From Macrostomum lignano (taxonomy: Eukaryota): DNA of 64,000 nucleotides. The position numbers and the translations under genes are program-made. The first letter of the stretch is position 1; every line of letters starts with the position of its first letter. The DNA lies in the NCBI GenBank assembly GCA_002269645.1, contig NIVC01000717.1, positions 1-64,000 of the forward strand. The letters run 5' to 3'. The notes beneath the pieces are model-generated. The model worked only from the letters and a program-made list of their open reading frames with translations. It was not told where the DNA came from and made no database searches. Below, in pieces: positions 1 to 13,563 of the stretch.

Positions 1-552
1 AAAAAAAAACTACTCCTTGCTCCTGATTGCTAGTTTCCCTCTAACAAGTTCATAGAAAATTGGTGAATGCTTTCCATCATTTCCGAGACAATTTTCCAAT
101 TACAAGACTTGCAGAGCGCGCCATTATGAAAAAAGATACACAGTGGAATCACCCTTTTCCTTTATGACGACTCGCCCCTTCTGACAATTCTTAGCCCACA
201 GAGGCGGAGCAGTGGCAGATGCCACCCTTAGAAAGCCCTTTTTGGTTGCATGAGCAAAGAGGCAGACAGAAACAGCAAAAGTGGCCAATTTTGAGTTTTC
301 AGATTTTTTCCAAGCAAAATAAAAGGCCCTTTCCAGCCTCCTTGAATTGCTGCATTCAAGAAAAAGCAGAATTTCTGCAACCCACATCCAGATGTTGCCA
401 CTTCTGCCTTTGCCTGGATCCCAGCGTGCGTTTATCCCATGAAATTGGGCCATTATTAGCGGGTACCGATTACTAGGTGGTTACTTCGGGCGCAGCTTTC
501 AACGTACTGGAGAATCCAAGCAGTTTGCAATCACTACAGGGATGAGAATGGA

Positions 553-2322
553 TGGATCTCATGGATACATAGGGATAAAACTGGATCTCACGGGGATAAA
601 AACTAGATATCATGGGGATAAATCTCATAAGGATGAAAATGTATTTCATAGGGATTAAAATCGATCTCAGGGATGAAAATGGATCTCATAGGGATAAAAA
701 TGGATCTCATAGGGATAAAACTGCACCTCATTGGGATAAACTAGATCTCATGGGGATAAAAACTAGAAATCATGGGGAATAAATCTCATAGGGATGAAAA
801 TGGATCTCAGGGATTAAAATAGATCTCATTGGAATTAAACTGGGTCTCATGGGGATAAAACGGGATATGATGAGGATAATTATGGATCTTATAGGGATAA
901 ATATGAATCTAATAGGGACAAAATGGATGCCTTAAGCGATAAAAATCGATCTAATAAGGAAAAAAGTATTATAGAGATAAAAACGGCTATTATAGGGATA
1001 AAATGGTTCTCATTGGGATAAAAATGGATCTCATAAGGATAAAAATGGATCTCATAAGGAACAAAAATAGATCTCAAAGTGATAAAACTGGATCTCACAT
1101 GGATAAGAATGTAAGAATGGATGGATCTCAGGGATCTCATTGGGAGAAAATTGGATCTCATAGAGATAAAACTGGATCTCATAGCGATAAAACTGAATCT
1201 CATAGGGATAAAACTGAATCTCATAGGGATAAAAATGGATCTCATAAGGATAAAAATATATCTCATAAGGAACAAAAATAGATCTCATAGTGATAAAACT
1301 GGATCTCACATGGATAAGAATGGATGGATCTCAGGGATCTCATAGGGATAAAACTGGATCTCATAGGGATAAAACTGGATCTCATAGGGATAAAACTGGA
1401 TCTCAAAAGGACAAAAATGGATCTCATAGGGATAAAACTAGATCTCACATATATAAGAATGGATGGATTTCATGGATCGCATTGGGATAAAACGGGATCT
1501 CATAGGGATAAAACTGAATCTCATAGTAATTAAACTGGGTCTCATGGGGATAAAACGGGATCTCATGAGGATAATTATGGATCTTATAGGGATAAATATG
1601 AATCTCATAGGGACGAAATTGATGTCTTAGCGATAAAAATCTATCTAAAAGGGAAAAAATCTTATAGGGATAAAATGAATCTCATAGGGATAAAAATGGA
1701 TCTCATAAGGACGAAAATAGATCTCAAAGTGATAAAACTGGATCTCACATGGATAAGAATGGATGGATCTCAGGGATCTCGTAGGGATAAATATGGATCT
1801 CATAATGATAAAACTAGATTTCATTGGGATGAAACTGGATCTCATTGGGATAAAAATGGATCTCATTGGGATAAAATTAAATCTCATTGGGATAAAAATG
1901 GATCTCATTGGGATAAAATTAAATCTCATTGGGATAAAAATGGATCTCATTGGGATAAAAATGGATCTCATAGGAAGGTCTCATAGGGGTAGAACTACTG
2001 TAGATGTCACAGGGATAAGAATGGATTGATCTCATAGATCTCATTGAGATAAAACTGGATCTCATAGGTTTAAAACTGGATCTCACAGGTTTAAAACTGG
2101 ATCCCACAGGAATAAAGATGAATCTCATAGGGATTACAGTGGATCTCACAGGGATAAAGTTGAATCTCATAGGAATAAAACGATCTCATTGGGATAAAAC
2201 TGGATCGCATAGTGATACAACTGGATCTCATGGGGATACAACTGGATCTCATGGGGATACAACTGGATCTCATGGGGATACAACTGGATCTCATGGGGAT
2301 ACAACTGGGTCTAATTGGGATA
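553..2322. repeat. Degenerate 21-bp minisatellite (GATCTCATAGGGATAAAACTG)n
   Basis: Tandem unit visible directly. The 7-aa periodic ORFs (DLIGIKL, MRSSFIP) are its translations. Confidence 0.92.
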
Positions 2323-2782
2323 TGAGACAGTTCCAGTTTTTTTGCTTTAAACCCTAGCCGAGTTTTCGAGCAAAGCACCTCTCTTTCCCATCTTTGTGAG
2401 TCAAACTCAAAATCGATCCGATCCCTTTTTCCTGCACAGCACCTACGCCTAGGCTGGGGTCTCCTATGCTTGCTCTCCTCCTGAGATGGAAGCCTTGGTT
2501 GCTCCTCACCTCTTGGCGTGCGGAGTCGCGTGAATCATCGCTGAGGAAAGAAGAGTTGAGGGGGTGCATGGGCAAGGCCAGCTACATGTGGGTCCGTCCG
2601 TCTGACCCTGAACCCCGCAGCCCCCCATGCTCTGCATGAGTAAATTGTATATGGTATATATGTAGGCCGAAGCATACTGTACATCGGGTATACAAAGATA
2701 TAGTGAAGCACAAGAAAAGAAAATCGTTGAGGCGCCAGAAACCTGTGTGTTTATTGAGGCGCCAAAAAGGCTTTAGTTTAAG

Positions 2783-3486
2783 GTGGCGCCAAGTGACTGT
2801 ATAGTTTAATAAGTGGTGGCGCCAAGTGACTGTATAGTTTAATAAGTGGTGGCGCCAAGTGACTGTAGGTTAATGTGCCGCCAAGTGACTGTAGGTTAAT
2901 GTGGCGCCAAGTGACTGTAGGTTAATGTGCCGCCAAGTGACTGTAGGTTAATGTGGCGCCAAGTGACTGTAGGTTAATGTGCCGCCAAGTGACTGTAGGT
3001 TAATGTGGCGCCAAGTGACTGTAGGTTTATGTGGCGCCAAGTGACTGTAGGTTAATGTGGCGCCAAGTGACTGTAGGTTAATGTGGCGCCAAGTGACTGA
3101 TGTAGCGCCAAGTGACTGTAGGTTAATGTGACACCAAGTGACTGTAGGTTAATGTGGCACCAAGTGACTGTAGGTTAATGTGGCGCCAAGTGACTGTAGG
3201 TTTATGTGGCGCCAAGTGACTGTAGGTTAATGTGGCGCCAAGTGACTGTAGGTTAATGTGGCGCCAAGTGACTGATGTAGCGCCAAGTGACTGTAGGTTA
3301 ATGTGACACCAAGTGACTGTAGGTTAATGTGGCACCAAGTGACTGTAGGTTAATGTGGCGCCAAGTGACTGATGTGGCGCCAAGTGACTGTAGGTTAATG
3401 TGCCGCCAAGTGACTGCAGGTTAATGTGGCACCAAGTGACTGTAGGTTAATGTGGCACCAAGTGACTGTAGGTTAAATGTGGCTCC
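2783..3486. repeat. 26-bp minisatellite (GCGCCAAGTGACTGTAGGTTAATGTG)n
   Basis: Direct tandem copies with a GGCGCC core. Confidence 0.93.
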
Positions 3487-3787
3487 AGAAATTGTTGTTT
3501 TCTATTGGTTTTGAAGTTCAATTCTGTGAATTTCATTAGCCAATGTCACCAGTTGTGGACATTATAGTTTTGGGATAAACCTTGGTCAAATAAAGAGCAT
3601 TCGTGGCTCGATTTTGTATCAAATATTTATGCCTGGCATTCTGAAATCAGGGCTGGAATTTTTGCACGGGTAGTTTCTGGGTTGCAGGTTTAAAATCGGG
3701 AACACCAGCAACTTTTAATGTGATGTTCGTTTCCATTTTGTTTTTTACCTGTTCACTGCCTTCTTTTTCTCCATTTGCTGTTTCAAC

Positions 3788-5058
3788 CCTGTCAGGTCGC
3801 TGTCTCTCCTCTGTCACAGGTCACTGTCTCTCCTCTGTCACATGTCACTGTCTCTCCTCTGTCACATGTCACTGTCTCTCCTCTGTCACAGGTCACTGTC
3901 TCTCCTCTGTCACAGGTCACTGTCTCTCCTCTGTCACAGGTCGCTGTCTCTCCTCTGTCACAGGTCGCTGTCTCTCCTCTGTCACAGGTCACTGTCTCTC
4001 CTCTGTCACAGGTCACTGTTTCTTGTCTCCTCTGTCACATGTCACTGTCTCTCCTTTGTCACAGATCACTGTCTCTCCTCTGTCACAGATCCACTGTCTC
4101 TCCTTTGTCACAAATCACTGTCTCTCCTCTGTCACAGAGGCACTGTCTCTCCTCTGTCACATGTCCCTGTCTTCCTTTGTCACATGTCACTGTCTTCCTT
4201 TGTCACAGATCACTATCTCTCCTCTGTCACAGATCCACTGTCTCTCCTCTGTCACATGTCACTGTCTCTCCTCTGTCACAGGTCACTGTCTCTCCTCTGT
4301 CACAGGTCACTGTCTATCCTTTGTCACATGTCACTGTTTCTCCTTTGTCACAGATCTCTGTCTCTCCTCTGTCACAGAGGCACTGTCTCTCCTCTGTCAC
4401 AGGTCACTGTCTCTCCTCTGTCACAGGTCACTGTCTATCCTCTGTCACAGGTCACTGTCTATCCTCTGTCACAGGTCACTGTCTATCCTCTGTCACAGAG
4501 GCACTGTCTCTCCTCTGTCACAGAGGCACTGTCTCTCCTCTGTCACATGTCCCTGTCTTCCTTTGTCACATGTCACTGTCTTCCTTTGTCACAGATCACT
4601 ATCTCTCCTCTGTCACAGATCCACTGTCTCTCCTCTGTCACATGTCACTGTCTCTCCTCCGTCACAAATCACTGTCTCTTCTCTGTCACAGGTCACGGTC
4701 TATCCTGTGTCACAGGTCACTGTCTCTCCTCCGTCACAGGTCACTGTCTCTCCTCTGTCACAGGTCACAATCTCTCCTCTGTCACAGGTCACTGTCTTTC
4801 CTCTGTCACAGGTCACTGTCTATCCTCTGTCACAGGTCACTGTCTATCCTCTGTCACAGGTCACTGTCTATCCTCTGTCACAGGTCACAATCTCTCTTCT
4901 GTCACAGGTCACTGTCTCTCCTCTGTCACCGGTCACTGTCGCTCTTCCGTCACAGGTCACTGTCTCTCCTCTGTCACAGGTCACTATCTCTCCTCTATCA
5001 CAGGTCACTGTCTCTCCTCTGTCACAGATCACTGTCTCTCTGTCACAGGTCACTGTCG
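3788..5058. repeat. 24-bp minisatellite (CACTGTCTCTCCTCTGTCACAGGT)n
   Basis: Direct tandem copies. They give 8-aa periodic ORFs in three frames. Confidence 0.93.
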
Positions 5059-5197
5059 CAGCTGCTAACTTAGCTTTAAGCTAACTATGGTTCAGTTTTG
5101 ACTCTCAGAGCCTGAAACAGATGTCTGCATTACATTCTATTCCTTTGATACACTCCGTGCTTCTCTTGGTCCGCAAAACATTTTCAGGTTTCTTCGA

Positions 5198-6450
5198 ATG
5201 CCAAAGCACAGGCAAAGTAAGTTAGCAACGTCTTGTATATGCGAGTTACTGGATTATCTGGATTAATAACCAGCGTTAGTACTACATGTATAATAGGTTT
5301 AGGACTTTAGCTTTAGGTTGTCTCTGTCTAGCAGCAGCAGAAGCAACGGCTAAAACTGAGTATTTTACCTCGCTCTCTTAATGGTTCCCACAACCAGCAC
5401 AACTAAAACCTTTATTAAAACCCAGCAAGCTTTAGTTCTATATATCCACCTCCCACTCCCACAGTAAAACCCACCCGGCACAGTCTTTCCGGTCCCAACA
5501 TTTCTAAAACAGTAGTGAGTGTCGTTTAATATCGCCATTTTTCTTCTCTCTCTCTTTGTATAAAGCTGCATATGCATAAAGTGAAGCGGAGGCCCTGCTT
5601 GTGTGCAATGTTGGGTTAGTATTGTGTGGGAGTTGGGTTATAGAATGTAGTGTTTGTATGGCCTGCTTCAGTAGGGGGGAGGTTAGCTGTAGGTTCAGAT
5701 CTATTTGCTTTCTAGACTACTGCAAGGGCAAAACGGACGGCAAGGCGGGAGGGCAGTTGTAGGAGGACAAAGCTTTGGGTCAAATACCCACCCCCCAGCG
5801 CCAGCCAACCGCCCTGCTCCCCCCGCCCGGGTTTTACGCCCCCAACGGCACATTGTACGGCCGGCCCAAGTGTACAGGGGCAACCCCCGCGCGCCCCCCT
5901 ATCCAATCTACAGAGTCTTTCCTTATCGGAAAGCCCCCCACACAGCCAACCCCCTCCCTCCGCGACCCCGACCCAAAACACGAGGGGAGAGGAGAGAGGC
6001 CGGGCCGTCCCTATAAGGTAAAGGCAAGGCTGGCTAAAACTATAAAACATTTTGGGTGCTTCTCTCTAATACCATACCATATAGGACTGAGTGCTGTTTT
6101 CCGCCCTGCCTTCTACCTAAAAACTGTTTATTCTATTTCCTATTCAATAATATAAATAATTGTTACTACTTACTACTAAAGAAATCAGTTGAATTTAACA
6201 AAGTCGATCTTCAGGTCATGATACCAGCGCATTTTATATTCAAACGCCTAGCAGCGGCGTTATTGGTGAGTTATTTAGACCCTATTTTATTTAGAAATTA
6301 TTTTAATTTTTTAAATTAAATTGTTAATATTTTATTGATTTTGCTACAGAGCTAGCAAACGTTAGCGCAGCAGCCGAGTGGCTGCAACATCTGAATAGCG
6401 CCGCAACCTCTACTGCAGCGGATTACGGCTCCACTCGTTTATCTAATAAG
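5198..6450 (+). CDS. Candidate 5' coding exons of the RNF38/44-like gene: 5198-5216, 6215-6265, 6351-6450 (MPKHRQ-S-HDTSAFYIQTPSSGVI-E-LANVSAAAEWLQHL...RLSNK)
   Basis: Each exon has a canonical AG/GT (donors GTAAGT 5217, GTGAGT 6266, GTAAAA 6451). Phases 1,1,0 join into one open frame that continues into exon 11591. No homology support for this N-terminus. Confidence 0.45.
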
Positions 6451-7148
6451 GTAAAAAATTACTTATTAATCATACCTAGTATTAGTATTAGCTAGATTAC
6501 TTATAGTTATCCATACGATGTACTCATATTTTTAAACCTACTACTATAGTCGATATTTTCTTATATCTATTTCTTATTATTTGTACTTTTATTCACACAT
6601 CAATATGGCTTAGTATGTATATTATAATATAAAACATACGAGACTGTATAGTATATAATATTGTATGAAGACTGTTTAAGAGCCCTTCCTTCTCTCCCAT
6701 GTCCTTCGACATTCTCTCTTCTCCTTGCCTGACCTGCATCTTCTTACCAGGCTTATATACTTTGTGCCTGCCTTAGTAGATCTTACTGCGTTTCAGCCTT
6801 TAGCTAGGCCTGCTTACCATGCGAGCGTGTATTTATGCAAGCCTGCCTAAGTAATGGCTTATATGGCTGCTCTGCATGCAACTTGCTTGACTTGCCACCC
6901 TGCTTCTCTTTGGTTCTGGCTCTTCTCTTCCTTCACAACCCAGAACCTATTGTAGCACCGGTTTGCTATTTTCAAGGTTCAAAGGACCCCGTGGGCAATG
7001 TTAGAAAGGCTTCGCTGCCTTTGGATAGTTAAGGTTATAAGCCGAACTGAAGACTTGATGTTGATATCATGCCGTGCAGAGCATGCGGAGAACTTGTTCA
7101 CACGCACGCCATCTTCTCTTCATTTATCTAGCTATAGAAACTAGAAAC

Positions 7149-7775
7149 CCACCAAGAGACAGGGGCACCCACCAAGAGACAGGGGCACCCACCAAGAGAC
7201 AGGGGCACCCACCAAGAGACAGGGGCGCCCACAGAGACAGCTAGGGGCACACCAAGAGACAGGGGCACACCAAGAGACAGGGGCACCCACAGAGAGACAG
7301 GGGCGCCCACAGAGACAGCTAGGGGCACACCAAGAGACAGGGGCGCCCACAGAGACAGCTAGGGGCACACCAAGAGACAGGGGCGCCCACAGAGAGACAG
7401 GGGCGCCCACAGAGACAGCTAGGGGCACACCAAGAGACAGGGGCGCCCACAGAGAGACAGGGGCGCCCACTAAGTGACAGTGGCGCCCACCAAGAGTCAG
7501 GGGCGCCCACAGAGACAGCTAGGGGCACACCAAGAGACAGGGGCGCCCACAGAGAGACAGGGGCGCCCACAGAGACAGCTAGGGGCACACCAAGAGACAG
7601 GGGCGCCCACAGAGAGACAGGGGCGCCCACAGAGACAGCTAGGGGCACACCAAGAGACAGGGGCGCCCACAGAGAGACAGGGGCGCCCACTAAGTGACAG
7701 TGGCGCCCACCAAGAGTCAGGGGCACCCACCAAGAGACAGGGGCACCATCCATGAGGCAGGGGCACCCACCAAGA
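7149..7775. repeat. 20-22-bp composite minisatellite (CCAAGAGACAGGGGCGCCCAC / AGAGACAGCTAGGGGCACA)
   Basis: Alternating tandem units with a GGCGCC core. Confidence 0.9.
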
Positions 7776-8234
7776 AATAGGTATGAGTATGAGTTAAACT
7801 GATAGCCCACTCACCATTACGATTATACTATTAGTATTACATATAGTATACTCGTACATGTTACATTTTCACATATACTTAGGTATACTTAGATTAGCCA
7901 AAGCCTGTGTGCAAGCTCCTATACCTTCTTTACTTTAGTTCCTTCCTCTCTAATCTAAATCCTCTCTTCTTCATTCCCACTCTATGCAAAGCCTTCACTT
8001 CTTTTTTTATAGTCAGGCACGCAATATATAGCTAGTAGGATGGGATTGGGAACTCCCAAGTACCCAACCTAGTGCTATTCTCTCCATCCCCTCAGTTACT
8101 ATATACTGCATTCCATGCATATAATATGACAGACTCAAGCTTTAATCTATATTTGAAGTAAAGCAACCGAGTATTTTTCGCTACTATATTTTCATAGCTT
8201 CCAAATTTCACTGGCATTCAACGTCAGCTATTGA

Positions 8235-8800
8235 CCCTACCCTACCCCTCTCTCTGTCTTTACATCTGTCTCTACCCCTCTCTACCCTTCTCTCTACCCC
8301 TCTCTACCCCTCTCTACCTTCTCTCTACCCCTCTCTACCCTTCTCTCTACCCCTCTCTACCCTTCTCTCTACCCCTCTCTACCCTTCTCTCTACCCCTCT
8401 CTACCCTTCTCTCTAACCCTCCCATCGTCTTCTCAACATCTCCCTCTCCCTCCGTCTCCCTCTCTCTGTCTCCTTCGTCTTCCTCTCCCCTTCCTCTGCA
8501 TCTCACTTTTCTTCTCTCCTCCCTGTTTCTCTCTCTCTCTCCCCCTCTCCTCTCTTCCTTTCCCTTTTCTACTTCTCCACCTGTACCTCGCCCCCTCCCT
8601 CCCCCTCCTACCCCTCCTCCTCTCTCTCCCTCCTCTACATTTCCCGCTCTCTTCTTCTTCTACCTCTCACTCTCCTGCCTCTCCCTCTCTACATCCCTCT
8701 CTCCCTCTACCTCCTCCTCGCTTCCTCTATTCCCCCGTCTACCTTCCCCTAACCTCTCCTTTTCCCTCTCCCTCTCCCTCTCCCTCTCCCTCACTCCTTA
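8235..8800. repeat. Pyrimidine-rich low-complexity tract with (CTCTCTACCC(C)T) units
   Basis: Almost pure C/T sequence. Confidence 0.85.
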
Positions 8801-9584
8801 TCTCACCATTTACCCCATTCCTCTTAAGTCTCTTAATCTCCGTCTTCGTGTTTCTTTCATTCTACTGGGCCATCCTGTCATTCACTCTTGATAAGAATGA
8901 TGGAGCTCAGATTTAAGCTCATAGTGTCGTGACTGAAAAAGGTATTTCGGAAATTTCCAAATATGTCATAGTCGATATACCTTTAAATGTGTCCTCTCTC
9001 AATTCTATTCTTATTCAATACTTTGTCTCACTTTTTGTCTTGGAAGAAGCATGCACAATACAGCTTGAGGGTGCACTGAGGGTACCCATGCCAAACAGAT
9101 TCTATTCAGTATAAATAGCTTGAGGGCACCAAGCAAACCCTTCAATCTTACAGCTAAGACAGAGACCGACTGACCCTTTCTTTCTTCTTAAGTCCAATTT
9201 TGCTTATTGCTTACTGATACTGCCTACTATAGGCTAGGCTGTGGGACCCCATATTTGTGGTACCGTGCCGTGCCATTATTACGAGGCCATGCTAATGCTA
9301 GATAGCACAGCACGGGGGCAAACAAATGTTCAAATGCGCGCAGTTTGCTAGCTAAGAAATTGGTCTCTTACTGTCTACTCACTACTTGGACAGTGAAGTT
9401 GGCTCGGATTTCTATGGGTATTATCAAAGCCCCTGCTATCCACCCGGTGACCCTGAAGATTTCCATTTATAAATTCCTTACCCTTCACTCTACTCTCTGC
9501 TCCATTTTTTAGCGTAGCTTATTAAGCCACCCACCAACACACGCACATTTGCACTGAGTTTACTCTTGCTCTTGGGATTGTTAG

Positions 9585-10120
<536 letters not shown>

Positions 10121-11061
10121 GATACATAGGTAAGGTAAAAACCTGGTCAGTAATTTTGTTACTTAGCGATAAGTCCAGTTGATTGCAAGGCAGTATTACG
10201 AGACTCTTTGTTCTCTCTCTCTCTTGTTCCCCAAGTAAGTAATCCTATTCATTGCTACCCACATTCTCACCCTCTTCGTCTCCTATTTCTGCTGCAATCT
10301 AAACCCGAGGGCCCGGCCTCTCGGGTTTAGTGCTGGGTGTGTGGGCTGTGTGGGTTTTATCACAGGGACGGAGGGTGATTCACAATTCGCGTTCGCTCAC
10401 GAGCGGGACGGGAGTGAAGGGGGGGGGGAGTTACCCTTGCATCTGCAGCCTTGCCTGGGCAGAGCCTGGCTTTGACGTTTGACTGAGAAAAATTGTACCC
10501 AAACCAAGCCACGCCTCGCTCTGGGCTGTTCATTCATTAGGAGGGCTAAGAGCGCCCTGTCAGGAATGGGTACCCGCATCTACTTACTTCCCAAGCAGCT
10601 GTCTTTGTTTACGCGCACCACGGGGGTTTCTCCCCCCAATTTTTTTAAGTATCCCTGTTTCCCTACGGCCTCCCTCTTGCCTTGGTTCCCTGTTTTGCCC
10701 CATAAATTCTGTGCTTAGACCACAAGTCTTTGTTCTTCCCAGCTAAAAAAAGAGTTTCAATCCCAAATCTATTGCAATGTCTGCACTGTTCGGGCGGGGG
10801 CGGTGGTTTGACAGGTTCGCTCTGGTGCTCCCAGTTTGTCAGTCTTTATTCGGGAATTTCCTTATTTAGTCAAGAAGGAAACGGACAGTTTGTGGTGCAG
10901 TTTCAGTGCAAACTCTGGAGCTTTGCTAAATTTATAAATTTCCCATAAGTCTGCATTTCCGTCTTGAGCTATGGGCAATCCCGAGTTTTATTGGCAAATT
11001 GAAGTCAAAAATAATTTTCATATTATCTCGTCCGTCTGTCTGTCCGTCTGTCTGTCTGTAG

Positions 11062-11095
<34 letters not shown>

Positions 11096-11131
11096 GTCTT
11101 TCTGTCTGTCTGTCTCTATGTCCGTATGTCC

Positions 11132-11174
<43 letters not shown>

Positions 11175-11187
11175 GGGGGGGTCTCTA

Positions 11188-11234
<47 letters not shown>

Positions 11235-11507
11235 GTCTTTCTGTCTTTCTGTCTGTCTGTCTCTATGTCCGTATGTCCGTCTGTCTGTCTGTCTGTCTGT
11301 CCGTCTGTCTGTCTGTATGTCTGTCTGTCTTTTTCCCTCTGTCTGTCTGCCTGTCTGTCTGCCCGACTATCTGTCTGTCTGTCTGCCTGTCTGTCTGTCT
11401 GCCTGTCTGTCTGTCTGCCTGTCTGTCTGTCTTTTTGTCCCTCGGTCTGTTTGCCTGTCTTCCTCTATTTCTCCAGGTATTTTAATCAATAACAGATAAA
11501 CAAAGTG
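10121..11507. mobile_element. Interspersed non-coding element, copy 1 (GC-rich body plus internal (TCTG/TCCG)n microsatellite)
   Basis: Near-identical to 27647-29163 from the GATA-tract edge to ...AACAGATAAACAAAGTG. No credible protein encoded. Confidence 0.8.
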
Positions 11508-11590
11508 AGTTTAGTCTGGAGTATTCCTGCATAGCCTTGTTCTCATGAATAACTATCCCGCTTCTAATTCTTATTTTATCCCCTTAACAG

Positions 11591-11745
11591 TCTGGCACTG
11601 AGACTCCACCTTTACGTAAGCGCCGGCGAGTGTCATCAAGCAATGCGGCTGCCGCTGCTCAATCATCGGAGGACAGAAGCCAGCTCAGCAGTGCATCTCA
11701 GCAACAGCAGCAGCAGCAGCAGATCTATTCTCAGCAGCATGGAAG
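11591..11745 (+). CDS. Internal exon of RNF38/44-like gene (SGTETPPLRKRRRVSS...QQHG), with NLS-like basic motif
   Basis: TTAACAG acceptor and GTAGGT donor. The phase-2 end (AG) joins T at 14317 to give AGT in the RING frame. PLRKRRRVS resembles the SPKRQRLS motif of RNF38/44. Confidence 0.7.
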
Positions 11746-13469
11746 GTAGGTACTCATTTTTAGTCCAGTTGAGTCTACCGCACTTGCTAGCTACTACTAA
11801 AAGTAGTTCGTGTCATTTTTTTGCGCCTCGTGTTGCAAGACAAAATGCTTTCTTTGGTTTTGTAGCAATTGAACACAGGAAATTTCGATTTTCGAAAGAC
11901 TGTGTTCCCTGAACGCCTTTAATTTGAGTAAATAGTCGAAATAGATCTGATAGTTCAGACTGCAACGTGCCGCCCCTTTCCAATTTTATTATTCGGATAA
12001 TTTATCATTTTATGGTATGCATTATATTGTCCAAGATGCTCTTTTATACAACATAAATTGTATATAGCAGCTGAAAGCCTCCAAATTCGCGTTGAGGGCT
12101 TTGCATTGCCTATTTCTATAAACTATATATACATAGTATACAAAAATATTATAGTGTTGTATATAATATAGAATAGCTTATAAAATTCCTTTGTTGATTG
12201 TCTACAATTAAAATACTTGAGTACAAGGCGAGAGAATTATATTATCGTGGAAGCTGGGAAAGCCATAAATTCTTAAAAATCCTGAATTTTTCCTATTTTT
12301 TATCTACTGACTGACTGACTGCCATTAGGAAAAGGAACAAAACTCCAAATTGGCTGGAAGCACGTTGTGAAATAAGGAAGGAAGCCTTAACTTAAATAGT
12401 CAGTCAGTTCAGTCTAGCTTAGCTGTATTCACGTGTCCTCGAATCGGGTTTACAAGCCAAATGCTTTACTGTGTATAGGCCTGTGTCTTGCCTGTAATTC
12501 AACCTAGTTCTTTGTTTCGCGTCATAGACTGTATCGTCATAATTTTTCTCAATTAAGAAATTATTGGTTGGATTGGAATTCCGAAACAGAAAGGACCACG
12601 AATAGGAAACTGCTAGTTTTTTAAATTAACGAATAAATCAATTAACGTATTTTATTTTTACTATAGCAGATTTAGTATATTCGCTATATGGAATCCTATA
12701 TTAAAGTGGAACAGTTAGAGTATATATACTTTGTTAAGTTTATATAAATGTATTGCAGCCTTACTGCATTACTCACCCTGCATGACCTGCGCGGGTTGTG
12801 TTTGAGGGGGGATCCCCGTTGCTCTACCCCGCCTCCACCCCTTATTCTCGAGTAGACGCGCTGTGTTCTGAATGAAATCTATTTTTAGATACGCTTTGTC
12901 AGGCACTGTAAATTGAGGGATTTCCCGCCATTGGGTATTCCACTACAACAGTCTCTCCACCCCATCTACTGTACAGTAAGATTGGAATGTTCATTTGTGA
13001 CTCATGACCCAGTCGTGGCCATTTAGAACTTCCACCCCAAATCAGCCCGGCGCGCACCCCAACCCCCACGCCTTATCTTAACTAGCCCCCACCACCCCAT
13101 TGCCGTAGCGGGCGTAGCGTACGCAGCGCGCACGCTCCCCGTCCTTTCAGCGGGCTAGGCAAGCGCGCTTTTAGGGGAAGACCGGACCCCGACTCCACCC
13201 GTATAACCCCATGCGGAAAGTGGCTGTGTCTGTGGGCTTAGTACGGTAATAATACGGTCCCATTTTAGATTAGCAAAGGGGCGGATTATTCATCCTTCTC
13301 TTCCCCACCCCCACCGCAGCCTCAACTATTACACATGCAGGGCGCACCTCCCCTTCCACTCCCAGCAGTGAGCGTCATGCTATGCTTTGCCCTCAGCCCC
13401 TACGGTCACGGCTGGTGGTTCCCAACCAACCCCTTGCAGGGGTGGGGGGCACCGCCAGATGCGCGCGCA

Positions 13470-13475
13470 TATAAA
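13470..13475 (+). promoter_or_regulatory. TATAAA box at the end of a GC-rich island (13020-13470), 89 bp upstream of the nested ORF
   Basis: Motif and position only. Confidence 0.3.
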
Positions 13476-13563
13476 TTCCTTGCTCCTGAGAGGGGAAACA
13501 AATCCTAGAAAGCGTCCAGTCAGACTAATACTAGTCAAATAAGCCGAGTTTGCTTGAAACGCC

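Noticed and set aside
124-476. Short ORFs at the window start
   Set aside because: No recognisable motif or convincing splice context.
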